Source: Okeania sp. (lineage in GTDB: Bacteria > Cyanobacteriota > Cyanobacteriia > Cyanobacteriales > Microcoleaceae). From it: DNA of 25,615 nucleotides. Made by a program: the position numbers and the translations under genes. Below the pieces are notes generated by a model. The model searched no databases and had not been told where the DNA came from. It was given only the letters and a program-made list of their open reading frames with translations. The stretch's first letter is position 1. Each line of letters starts with the position of its first letter. Of the stretch, positions 8,723 through 16,568 are shown in pieces. Where the stretch lies: positions 1 through 25,615 of the forward strand of contig NZ_JAYKGW010000112.1 in NCBI RefSeq assembly GCF_035285525.1, given 5' to 3'.

Positions 8723-9103
8723 TTAAGAGAATAAAAAACCTAATATTACGGTAGATATTCCTCCAACTTTTACACAAATGATACCAACGGAAATAATATA
8801 ATTAATAATTTCTGAATAATATTGTCAGCATTCAGCATTCCGCAGAAAATACTTACATAATATTTGATAATGTATAGCGTTTCACAGAGCTATAAGGTAC
8901 ATCTATTTTTATTTTTGTCCTAAATGAAATCTCTATTTCTGTAAATATCAAAATTAATGCAGTTTGTTTGTGGGTAGACCAAACTTATAATTTTCAACAT
9001 TATTTCACATTACTTCACAACATCTGTTACCATAGTTAAAAAAAGGTTAAGATATTTCTGGCCAAAAAAAAGGGTATCAAGATTCCAGTTTCAACCGGAA
9101 AAA

Positions 9104-9145
9104 CTGATAACTGATAACTGATAACTGATAACTGATAACTAATAA
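9104..9145. repeat. (CTGATAA)x6 heptamer STRR array ending 5 nt before the purF ATG
   Basis: There are five perfect CTGATAA units plus one CTAATAA unit. Shorter copies of the same word lie before trpB (16826-16839) and at 19972-19986 on the other strand. Confidence 0.95.
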
Positions 9146-9150
9146 CTAAA

Positions 9151-10614
9151 ATGGATACAGAGCAATATTTAGAAAATTACCCCGAAATAGATAAACCGCA
9201 AGAAGCTTGTGGAGTGTTCGGGATTTATGCCCCAGGAGAAGATATAGCTAAACTTACCTATTTTGGTTTGTATGCTCTACAGCACCGAGGTCAAGAGTCA
9301 GCAGGAATTGCTACTTTTCAAGATGATCAACTATACATACACAAGGGAATGGGGCTAGTATCTCAGGTATTTAAGGAGTCTGTCCTACAACAATTACCAG
9401 GCAACTTAGGGATTGGTCATACTCGCTATTCTACTACTGGTTCTAGTCATATTAGAAATTCTCAACCTGCTGTGGTTGATACTCAGTTAGGTTCATTAGC
9501 TATAGCACATAATGGTAATCTTGTCAATACAGTAGATTTAAGGGAAGAATTAATCAAACGTGGGTGTGATTTTAATACCACTACAGATTCAGAAATGATT
9601 GCCTTAGCGATCGCCACAGAAGTAAAAATGGGCAAAACTTGGCTAGAAGCTGCTATTAGTGCTTTTCACCTCTGTGAGGGAGCCTTCAGTTTAACCATTG
9701 GTACTCCAGAAGGTGTGATGGGAGTACGAGACCCCCACGGTATAAGACCTCTGGTGATTGGTATTCTGGAAGATATAAACCCAAAAAGATATGTCCTCGC
9801 TTCAGAAACCTGTGCATTAGATATTATTGGTGCAGGATATCTGCGGGATGTGGAACCAGGAGAGTTAGTTTGGATTACAGAAGAAGGTATGGCTTCTTTC
9901 CACTGGAATCAAAAACCTCAGAGGAAACTGTGTGTGTTTGAAATGATTTATTTTGCCCGTCCCGATAGTATGATGGAAGGGAATAGTTTATATACCTACA
10001 GACTCAGAATTGGACGGCAGTTAGCCAAAGAATCCTATGTAGACGCTGATATGGTGATAGGTGTTCCTGATTCTGGCATTCCCGCGGCGATCGGTTTTTC
10101 CCAAGAATCTGGTATTCCTTATGGAGAAGGATTAATAAAAAATCGGTATGTTGGTCGTACTTTTATTCAACCAACTCAGCACATGAGGGAATCAGGTATT
10201 CGTATGAAACTTAATCCCCTCAAAGATGTGTTGGAAGGTAAAAGAATAATTATAGTTGATGACTCAATTGTTCGGGGTAATACCAGCAAGAAAATTGTTA
10301 AAGCTTTACGAGATGCTGGTGCCAAAGAAGTCCATGCCAGAATTTCTTCCCCAGCAGTAACTCATCCCTGTTTTTATGGACTTGACACAGATAACCAAGA
10401 ACAATTAATAGGAGCAACAAAATCAGTAACAGAAATTGCTGAACAAATAGGTGTTGACTCTCTAGTATATTTGAGTTGGGAGGGAATGTTGACTTTAACA
10501 GAACAAGATCCTAAAACTTTTTGTTCTGCCTGTTTTACTGGTGACTATCCTATTCCTTTATCAGAAGAATTAAAGCGTTCCAAATTAATTTTGGAAAACA
10601 TAGTTCAAGTTTAA
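9151..10614 (+). CDS. purF: amidophosphoribosyltransferase (glutamine PRPP amidotransferase)
   Basis: A propeptide precedes the Ntn nucleophile in CGVFGI. Other family blocks are ALQHRGQESAGIA, GIGHTRYSTTG and the PRPP loop IIVDDSIVRGNTS. The Fe-S Cys pattern is present (CVFEMIYFARPDS, HPCFYGLD, FCSACFTGDYP). Confidence 0.95.
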   Translation: MDTEQYLENYPEIDKPQEACGVFGIYAPGEDIAKLTYFGLYALQHRGQESAGIATFQDDQLYIHKGMGLVSQVFKESVLQQLPGNLGIGHTRYSTTGSSHIRNSQPAVVDTQLGSLAIAHNGNLVNTVDLREELIKRGCDFNTTTDSEMIALAIATEVKMGKTWLEAAISAFHLCEGAFSLTIGTPEGVMGVRDPHGIRPLVIGILEDINPKRYVLASETCALDIIGAGYLRDVEPGELVWITEEGMASFHWNQKPQRKLCVFEMIYFARPDSMMEGNSLYTYRLRIGRQLAKESYVDADMVIGVPDSGIPAAIGFSQESGIPYGEGLIKNRYVGRTFIQPTQHMRESGIRMKLNPLKDVLEGKRIIIVDDSIVRGNTSKKIVKALRDAGAKEVHARISSPAVTHPCFYGLDTDNQEQLIGATKSVTEIAEQIGVDSLVYLSWEGMLTLTEQDPKTFCSACFTGDYPIPLSEELKRSKLILENIVQV

Positions 10615-10623
10615 GAGAGAAGA

Positions 10624-10684
10624 GAAGAAGGAAGAAGGAAGAAGGAAGAAGGAAGAAGGAAGAAGGAAGAAGGAAGAAGGAAGG
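10624..10684. repeat. (GAAGAAG)x8 perfect heptamer array plus a partial unit
   Basis: Phase was counted directly: 8 exact 7-nt units span 10624-10679. The array starts 10 nt after the purF stop. Confidence 0.95.
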
Positions 10685-10702
10685 TAAACATCAATATATC
10701 TT

Positions 10703-10780
10703 GACTATCCTATTCCTTGATCAGAAGAATTAAAGCGTTCCAAATTAAAATTAATTTTGGAAAAGATAGTTTAAGCTTAA
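10703..10780 (+). pseudogene. decayed duplicate of the last ~24 codons of purF
   Basis: gactatcctattccttGatcagaagaattaaagcgttccaaatta[aaaatt]aattttggaaaaGatagtttaagCttaa matches 10543-10614. It carries a TTA>TGA stop and a 6-nt insertion. Confidence 0.85.
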
Positions 10781-11445
10781 ATCGTATGATGTGTGCTTAA
10801 ACGATAGGGGTTAGGTGTACAGATATCTGCAAAAATTAAAAATAAAATCATTCTTATGAAAAAAACACACTTCTTTTCAGATTACGGTGTTTTTTTTTAT
10901 CAAAAGCAATCTTTACTGACTCATGTTATCAATTCTTGTTTGATATTCATCCTTATTTTCTGTTTTAAATAAATTATCCATCAGTCAACTTAATAACTGA
11001 GATTCATGATTATCAACATAATAATCGTCTTTACCAAAAATTTTCAAGAAATACATTAAACTTTTATTTTCAAGATTATCATAAACTTATTCTCTTATTT
11101 CATTATCAGAAATATTGTCGTCCTTCTTTGCCTCTTTGGCTGGTTTGATTAACTCTTGAAATTTTTCTCTGTCTTCTTCGTTAGTCATATTTTATCTAGC
11201 GTATAAACTTTCAATTTAAAATATTGAATAGATACCTTAGTTAAATTATTTCATACAACTTTTACAGTTGTCTACTTTTTAGAATTTATTAATATTAACA
11301 ATAATTTCAATGAAATACACTTTGAGATAGGAACTTGAAATTAGTTGACAAAATTTAATATAGTTAGTTTTTTTCGTGTTGATATGATGGCTGATGGGTG
11401 AATGCTGACAAATTTTGAGTATAATAGAATAGAAAAGAGCAGTTA

Positions 11446-11598
11446 AATAATTAATAATTAATAATTAATAATTACCTCTTTTGATAAAGAAGAGAATTGA
11501 CAAAAAGGAATTTTTTTCTCTTATCTTAGTCGATTATATATGGCGTTTCGCTGGGGAAAGCTTTCCTTACGGAATGCTATCGCAAATTCTAATTACCG
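11446..11598 (+). mobile_element. MITE-like element, copy M4 of the family also seen at 13557, 15004(-) and 18080
   Basis: It has the family layout: heptamer array, then ATTACCTC, then a short hairpin (ctcttttgataaagaagag), then AAAAGGAA-T-run, then a core, then aatt..attaccg. The core carries a short relative of the GC-rich insert of M1 (ggcgtttcgctgggg...ggaatgctatcgc). Boundaries are approximate. Confidence 0.5.
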
Positions 11599-11665
11599 CT
11601 TTTTTCTCCATGAATGGAGAAACTTTATACCTTTATTTTTCAGTAATCTTGGGTAAGAAAAACTA

Positions 11666-13291
11666 ATGAATAAAAAACAGGAATCATCCTTCTGGAAATC
11701 AATGACTAATCAAGCATCAAAAGTCAGAGAAAATTTTAGCAAAGAAGTATCTAAAGCAAGTAAATCAATCAGTGAGCAAGCCGCAGAAGTAACCAAGAAG
11801 AAAGCATCAGAAATGGAAGAAGCTATTAGCAATAAAGCATCGAATGTTAGTAAATATTTTCGAGAAAGTACCCAAAAATATACTGGGAAAAACCAGAAAG
11901 TTAATTCTGAAGTATGGCAAGAAACAGAAAATAATTTAGAGCAAGAAGAAATATATCATATTTTTATTGGTTATCAGACTGCTAATCAGGGAAGCACTCA
12001 GAAAGTTACTCTAAAATCAGGTAAAAGTTATAACGTTAGAATTCGCCCTAATAGTACGGAAGGTTCAACTTTACGACTACAAAAATGTGGTTTACAAGGT
12101 AATGATGCCTTTCTAGTTTTACATACTTTTTATAATCCCGAATTAAACCTAGACCGTCGAATAAATAGTTTAGTAATTCGTGCTTCAATTTATGACAGAA
12201 GTAAGACTAGATGTTTAGAAGCTTATAACAGAATTAATGCTGGTTTATATACTTATGATTTAGCAGCAATGAATTTATTAGATTTTCTTGTAGAGTTATC
12301 AAATATAGATTCATTAGTTGGTTTGCGCTACAGAATAGCCAGTGAAAATTCTCGGTGGGTTGGTATTGATAAAGGTTTGGAACAAGTTTTAGATTCTAGT
12401 AATTTAATGGAAGTTGAAAAACATAATTTGAAAGGAAGTTATATCTTTATTAAATCTGGAGAACCTCTACCTAATCTTGATAAATTTAGACAGTTAAATA
12501 CAATTATTTTAAATTCAGCGATCGCTCCAGGATTAAAAGATAAATATTTATTAGCAAGTGCAACTTCTATGGCAACCAGAATAGATATTTTAATCCTCAA
12601 TTTAATTTATAATAGTACGGAAATAGATCAGAATCAGCATGGTAAATATTTATCTGTTTATCAACAACTTAGAGAAGGTGTAAAAGTAGATAATGAAGTT
12701 CTAGAAAATTTAGATACTTTAATTTTTCAAGCTGAAATTCCCCAGATTTGTAAAATTGTATATCAGCTTTTAAGAGATAGATATTTTGAATCAGAATTAG
12801 AAGTAAATCAAAATAATTTCCATACAGCTTTTAGCAAATTGAAGAAAGCAGAAAAATTTGTAAAAAAGGCAGAAAATTCAGAAAAAATTACCAACAGTTT
12901 TGGTAATATTGCTATTCAAAAAGGTATGTTAATAGCAGGAATGGATGATGCTGTAATTAATGGTGGTGTGGGAGTATTAGCAGGAGTAAAAGTTTTAAAA
13001 GGCGGAGAAGCTTTAATTGGAGCAGTAGGCTTAGTAGTGATCGCTGCGACTTTAGAAACCAGTACGCAGGAGAAAATAAAATTAGGAATTACTGAAGAAG
13101 GTAATTTTTCTGGAGAAGTTGCTTATAGTGGAATTATAAATGCTATTAATCAAGTTAGTTGGGTTATTGGTAATAAAACAGAAAGAAAATTAGAACAAGA
13201 ATTTGATGTTTTGAAGATGTTTAAAGGGAATCAAAATAGGCAGGAAATTTTACAAGAATTGGAAACTAAATTGTATACTGCAAATCCATAA
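11666..13291 (+). CDS. hypothetical protein with a charged repeat N-terminus, a DnaJ-C-terminal-like beta segment, a helical region, and a Gly/Ala/Val-rich glycine-zipper hydrophobic segment
   Basis: It is a long open frame in very AT-rich DNA. Residues 95-155 (IYHIFIGYQTANQGSTQKVTLKSGKSYNVRIRPNSTEGSTLRLQKCGLQGNDAFLVLHTF) resemble the DnaJ CTD pattern. Residues 411-463 read GNIAIQKGMLIAGMDDAVINGGVGVLAGVKVLKGGEALIGAVGLVVIAATLE. I do not recognise a family. Confidence 0.75.
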   Translation: MNKKQESSFWKSMTNQASKVRENFSKEVSKASKSISEQAAEVTKKKASEMEEAISNKASNVSKYFRESTQKYTGKNQKVNSEVWQETENNLEQEEIYHIFIGYQTANQGSTQKVTLKSGKSYNVRIRPNSTEGSTLRLQKCGLQGNDAFLVLHTFYNPELNLDRRINSLVIRASIYDRSKTRCLEAYNRINAGLYTYDLAAMNLLDFLVELSNIDSLVGLRYRIASENSRWVGIDKGLEQVLDSSNLMEVEKHNLKGSYIFIKSGEPLPNLDKFRQLNTIILNSAIAPGLKDKYLLASATSMATRIDILILNLIYNSTEIDQNQHGKYLSVYQQLREGVKVDNEVLENLDTLIFQAEIPQICKIVYQLLRDRYFESELEVNQNNFHTAFSKLKKAEKFVKKAENSEKITNSFGNIAIQKGMLIAGMDDAVINGGVGVLAGVKVLKGGEALIGAVGLVVIAATLETSTQEKIKLGITEEGNFSGEVAYSGIINAINQVSWVIGNKTERKLEQEFDVLKMFKGNQNRQEILQELETKLYTANP

Positions 13292-13556
13292 ACTAATAAA
13301 CCAGCTATCTTTAATTTTAGGAGAAAATATCAGGTATTTCTTGTTCCCTAAAAACCATGCAATATTGATAATTGATAATGAAAATGATATAGGAGTAGAT
13401 TATTTCCTAACATCAATCTTCAAGAATAAAGAAATTATCAAAATAATTATTATTACCCCATTGATAAATACTAAAATCTTTGATATCTAGAGATAAAATT
13501 CGTCCTGTTTGGCATTTTTCGGCTAAGAGAACAAGGGAAGCATCTGCTAAATCCAT

Positions 13557-13884
13557 CGTTCAATAATGGATAATGGATAATTACCTCTCCCTAAAACGGA
13601 TAGGATTGAATAAAAGGAAAAAATTTATTTCTCAAGGGGAGATTAGATATGGTTAGGGAACCGATCCATCTCACCCTGGGGGAAGCTCGGCTTTTTCCTC
13701 CGGAATGCTTCGCTTTCCATGTGGCGCAGCGTTTTCGTATAGGGAATGCTGCGCTTTCCATCTCGGCTTAAGGGCCGTTTCGCTGCGCGACATATAAAGC
13801 GAAGCGCAAAAACGACCGCTTTTTGCCCTATCCAAGGGGAGACTTCAAGGCGCGAATTATTTAATTATTTAATTATTAATTATT
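13557..13884 (+). mobile_element. MITE-like element copy M1, inserted in vapC and itself carrying a nested insert
   Basis: The left part is (ATGGATA)n-ATTACCTCTCCCTAAAA..GGATTGAATAAAAGGAAAAAATTTATTT and the right part is AATTATTTAATTATTTAATTATTAATTATT. These match 18080-18204 and the reverse complement of 15004-15106. It is flanked by CG on both sides. Confidence 0.7.
13642..13833. mobile_element. 192-bp GC-rich insert nested in M1, flanked by a 9-bp direct repeat AAGGGGAGA
   Basis: AAGGGGAGA occurs at 13633-13641 and 13834-13842. The interior has the direct repeat GGAATGCT(T/G)CGCTTTCCAT twice. It also has long-range complements: GCTTCGCTTT (13706-13715) with AAAGCGAAGC (13795-13804), and GCGCAGCG with CGCTGCGC. 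Its composition contrasts sharply with the surroundings. Confidence 0.55.
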
Positions 13885-14017
13885 CGGTAAATCTCTATAT
13901 TTAGTCATTAATTCTCTAATTCTGAGAACATCGTTATTTTGAATTTCAAATACTTCAAATAATTCCTCAGAAATAGCATTAATAAAAGTAATTGCTGCTT
14001 GAGGAGTGCTTGAGGAG

Positions 14018-14153
14018 TAGGGTGTGAAAGCGCTCGCGTAACGCACCATTTTTCAAACGTAACCCGCTTTAAAAATTACTTAATTATTAATTTATTATAG
14101 TATTTTTAAATTATGATAATGGTGCGTTACGGTGCTAGCGGTAACGCACCCTA
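14018..14153. mobile_element. 136-bp miniature element with ~33-bp terminal inverted repeats built from the GTAGGGTGCGTTAC...GTAACGCACC hairpin unit
   Basis: The left end is tagggtgtgaaagcgctcgcgtaacgcaccat and the right end is atggtgcgttacggtgctagcggtaacgcacccta, with an AT-rich core between them. It sits between the N-terminal and middle pieces of vapC. A solo hairpin unit lies at 14878-14908. Confidence 0.65.
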
Positions 14154-14221
14154 CTGAACTGAAAACAAGTTGATAACTGAAAAGCTAAAGAAACCCAAAA
14201 TCCGGTATCAACAATAATCAT

Positions 14222-14461
14222 TTATTCTCCCATTTCTTTCATCAAAATTGCCTCGGAATTTTCAGCTAAATCTGGTTCTGCCTCAATACAACCAAGTTGG
14301 TTAAATTTTTCTAGCTGTTTTCGAGAGTCTTTGAAGACTTTTTCGTAATAATCTTCTCAGGCATCTCTAATAATTTAATCAATATTTTGTTGAGTTTTTT
14401 TATTGGATAAAAGCCAGCTTTTTTTAGCTTATAATTCGTCGATTTTAGTAGCAATTTCTAT
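14222..14461 (-). pseudogene. decayed antitoxin gene upstream of vapC, with three in-frame stops
   Basis: The frame reads IEIATKIDEL*AKKSWLLSNKKTQQNID*IIRDA*EDYYEKVFKDSRKQLEKFNQLGCIEAEPDLAENSEAILMKEMGE*. Its TAA is immediately followed by the vapC ATG (gagaaTAAATGatt), which is typical TA operon coupling. The family was not identified. Confidence 0.45.
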
Positions 14462-14589
14462 CCTTTATTTTTTTTATTAGATAGAGCAATCTTATTATAA
14501 CAACTGATGTTATAATTTATAGGCATTAAATATTACTATTTGTCATAAAAATGTCAAGATAAAATATAGCAACTATTGTAAAACTTTGA

Positions 14590-14780
14590 GAATATTTTTC
14601 TGATGAACAGCAGGAAAGAATTATTGAGCATTTAAGAGAATATATTGCAGATTTTCAAGATGAATTAAAGTGGGATAAATCTTTTGAAAAAAACAAGGTA
14701 ATTTAGTAGCAGCAGCAAGAAAAGTGAAGCAAGAAATTACTGAAGGAAAAGGGCAGATAATCAGTTATAATAAGTTATGA
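14590..14780 (+). pseudogene. frameshifted antitoxin-like gene, 5'-truncated
   Basis: EYFSDEQQERIIEHLREYIADFQDELKWDKSFEK reads on to QGNLVAAARKVKQEITEGKGQIISYNKL* after a 1-nt shift in the A7 run near 14687-14693. There is an upstream in-frame TGA at 14587. Its stop overlaps the next ATG (ATGA at 14777-14780). Confidence 0.5.
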
Positions 14781-14881
14781 AGTCATTTAAGTTATCAGTA
14801 ACTTTGAGTTTTTTCGGTGAATTTAAAAGTTAGAAAGTTGGCGATAACTATTTTATTTACTTTAAAAAACAAATTAAGTAG
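14777..14881 (+). pseudogene. stub of the cognate small toxin (RelE/ParE-like guess), interrupted by a stop and cut off by a hairpin repeat
   Basis: It reads MKSFKLSVTLSFFGEFKS*KVGDNYFIYFKKQIK* and ends where the GTAGGGTGCGTTA hairpin begins. The family assignment rests only on position, size and an SF..EFK-like motif. Confidence 0.3.
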
Positions 14882-14908
14882 GGTGCGTTACATTTCATTA
14901 ACGCACCA
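14878..14908. repeat. solo GTAGGGTGCGTTA-loop-TAACGCACC hairpin unit
   Basis: A 9-bp stem pairs 14882-14890 with 14899-14907 around an 8-nt loop. It is the same unit as the termini of the 14018-14153 element. Confidence 0.75.
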
Positions 14909-15003
14909 CCCCCAGATATTGCATCCATCCGTGTATCCGTGGCAAAATTCGTGTGTGCTTTCTTCTCTCTTTAAACCTAATTTAAAAATGAATAATTTTA
15001 CCG

Positions 15004-15106
15004 AATAATTAATAATTAAATAATTAAACAATTCAGCTTTATTGACCTCTCCTTTTAGGGAGAAGTAATTATCCATTATCCATTATCCATTATCCATTAC
15101 CCATTA
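15004..15106 (-). mobile_element. MITE-like element copy M3 (short form), abutting the ubiX start codon
   Basis: The reverse complement reads (AATGGAT)n-AATTACTTCTCCCTAAAAGGAGAGGTCAATAAA...TTTAATTATTTAATTATTAATTATT. Its heptamer end finishes at 15106 and the ubiX ATG is at 15107. Confidence 0.6.
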
Positions 15107-15730
15107 ATGAAATCTATATCTCAACTACCCATAGTTATCGGTGTTACAGGAGCATCAGGACTCATTTACGCTGTCAGAAGTATTAAATATTTACTAGCAG
15201 CTAACTACACCATTGACTTAGTAGCATCAAAAGCATCCTATTCAGTGTGGCAAGCAGAACAAAATATTAAAATGCCTGCTGAAACAACTAAACAAGAAAT
15301 ATTCTGGCGGGAACAAGCTGGAGAAGAAAACAATGGCAAACTCCGTTGTCATCCTTGGCAAGATATCGGGGCAAATATTGCCAGTGGTTCCTATCGAACT
15401 CAGGGTATGATAATTATTCCTTGTAGCATGGGAACTGCTAGTAAGTTAGCTGCTGGATTCAGTTCAGATTTATTAGAGCGGGCAGCAGATGTACAATTAA
15501 AGGAAGGTGGAAAATTAGTTATCGTACCACGAGAAACACCTTTGAGCTTAATTCATTTACGAAACTTAACTACTCTGGCAGAAGCAGGAGCCAGGATTGT
15601 TCCAGCAATTCCCGCGTGGTATCATAATCCCCAAACCATAGAAGATTTGGTAGACTTTGTGGTAGCTCGTGCTTTAGACCAATTTGATTTAGATTGTGTT
15701 CCTCTGAAACGGTGGGTTGGCCATGAATAG
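15107..15730 (+). CDS. ubiX: flavin prenyltransferase UbiX (prenylated-FMN synthase)
   Basis: Family blocks are present: VIGVTGASGLIYAVR, MIIIPCSMGTASKLAAGFSSDLLERAADVQLKEGGKLVIVPRETPLSLIHLRN and GARIVPAIPAWYH. Confidence 0.9.
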   Translation: MKSISQLPIVIGVTGASGLIYAVRSIKYLLAANYTIDLVASKASYSVWQAEQNIKMPAETTKQEIFWREQAGEENNGKLRCHPWQDIGANIASGSYRTQGMIIIPCSMGTASKLAAGFSSDLLERAADVQLKEGGKLVIVPRETPLSLIHLRNLTTLAEAGARIVPAIPAWYHNPQTIEDLVDFVVARALDQFDLDCVPLKRWVGHE

Positions 15731-16382
15731 AAATCCGGATTTATTATTACCAGCAACTTCAATAGTCATTATCGGTGGGTTGGCCTTATTTACTTGGCAA
15801 AATTGGTCCCCTAGTTTGTCCTTAACTTTTCTGGGGTTAACATCTATACCTCTACCTGTTTCTATATTAGTTTTGGGCGGTTTTGTTGCAGGTATCGCTA
15901 CTTACTCATTGATATATAGTATTTTTGAACTTTCAAATTATCTGTTAACACTAAATTTAGAACCTGCCAGACCTCAATCTAGAAATATTCAGGATCGAGA
16001 GAAACGAAGGGAAAGTACGAAGACATACATACAATCTGATGAAATCTCAGATTCTCAAAGTTTTATTAACCTCAATAAAGATAAGGAAACAGGGGAGGAA
16101 GATGAAAATTTTGATGACTGGGAAGAAGGACCTCCTAAAGTTAAAAAATCTTGGGATAATAGCACAAAAGAAGAAGATATTGAAGAGTCAGAAGAAGCAA
16201 AAACGGAGTCTAAGTCTGGTTCTGTTTATTCTTATGGTTATCGGGAACCCAGTGGTTCTGGGGTTGGTCAAACTGAGTCTGTATATGATGCAGATTTTCG
16301 GGTGATTACTCCACCACCGCCTAGAGATACATCTAAATCTAGTGAGGATAAAGAGACTGAATCTGATGAGACAATCAAGTGA
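15723..16382 (+). CDS. membrane protein with a two-TM LapA/DUF1049-like N-terminus and a long acidic Ser/Glu/Lys-rich tail
   Basis: The ATG at 15723 overlaps the ubiX stop; the ORF track starts at a TTG at 15717. Two hydrophobic helices are separated by QNWSPSLSLTF. The C-terminal ~130 aa are low-complexity and acidic. Confidence 0.7.
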   Translation: MNRNPDLLLPATSIVIIGGLALFTWQNWSPSLSLTFLGLTSIPLPVSILVLGGFVAGIATYSLIYSIFELSNYLLTLNLEPARPQSRNIQDREKRRESTKTYIQSDEISDSQSFINLNKDKETGEEDENFDDWEEGPPKVKKSWDNSTKEEDIEESEEAKTESKSGSVYSYGYREPSGSGVGQTESVYDADFRVITPPPPRDTSKSSEDKETESDETIK

Positions 16383-16403
16383 AAGTCTGGAGCGTAATAA
16401 GTG

Positions 16404-16550
16404 GTGACACAACCTTCTAGGTTGTTACAGCAAAAGAAGGCTGTGCTACAGGAATTTGTAACACAACCTTTTGTTACAGCAAAAGAAGGCTGTGCTACAG
16501 GAATTTGTAACACAACCTTTTGTTACAGCCTAGAAGGCTGTGTTACAAAT
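16404..16550. repeat. 49/54-bp tandem repeat, about 2.9 units
   Basis: Units start at 16404 (54 bp), 16458 (49 bp) and 16507 (partial). The unit reads GTAACACAACCTTTTGTTACAGCAAAAGAAGGCTGTGCTACAGGAATTT and has small internal hairpins. Confidence 0.85.
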
Positions 16551-16568
16551 AGCTATAATGATAATTCT

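Larger units (their letters stand above)
13413..14221 (-). pseudogene. vapC: PIN-domain (VapC-type) toxin gene broken into three pieces by two miniature-element insertions and a deletion
   Basis: The N-terminal piece MIIVDTGFWVSLA starts at 14221. The middle piece 14007-13885 reads TPQAAITFINAISEELFEVFEIQNNDVLRIRELMTKYRDLP. The C-terminal piece 13556-13413 reads MDLADASLVLLAEKCQTGRILSLDIKDFSIYQWGNNNYFDNFFILED*. The middle and C-terminal pieces join in frame if 13557-13884 is removed. Confidence 0.7.

Noticed and set aside
8723-9103. A riboswitch or leader upstream of purF (for example ZTP or purine-type)
   Set aside because: I could not find the conserved cores of the purine or ZTP motifs by eye. 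Only a small hairpin (gtttg..caaac) and generic AT-rich sequence are present. A covariance-model scan would be needed.
10913-11188. Possible decayed small gene on the minus strand (MTNEEDREKFQELIKPAKEAKKDDNISDNEIRE* continuing in frame through two more stops to ..DEYQTRIDNMSQ*)
   Set aside because: It has only three stops in 92 codons, which is fewer than expected for this AT content but not convincingly so. There is no recognisable family motif, so I do not call it as a feature.
11481-11666. The 61-aa ORF in the track just upstream of the 541-aa gene
   Set aside because: It lies entirely inside the MITE-like element copy M4 and its GC-rich core. It has no start context and its peptide is low-complexity, so it is probably spurious.
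14817-15076. ORFs 14817-15008 + and 14888-15076 -
   Set aside because: They run through the toxin stub, the GTAGGGTGCGTTA hairpin and the MITE copy M3. They are composite repeat sequence, not genes.
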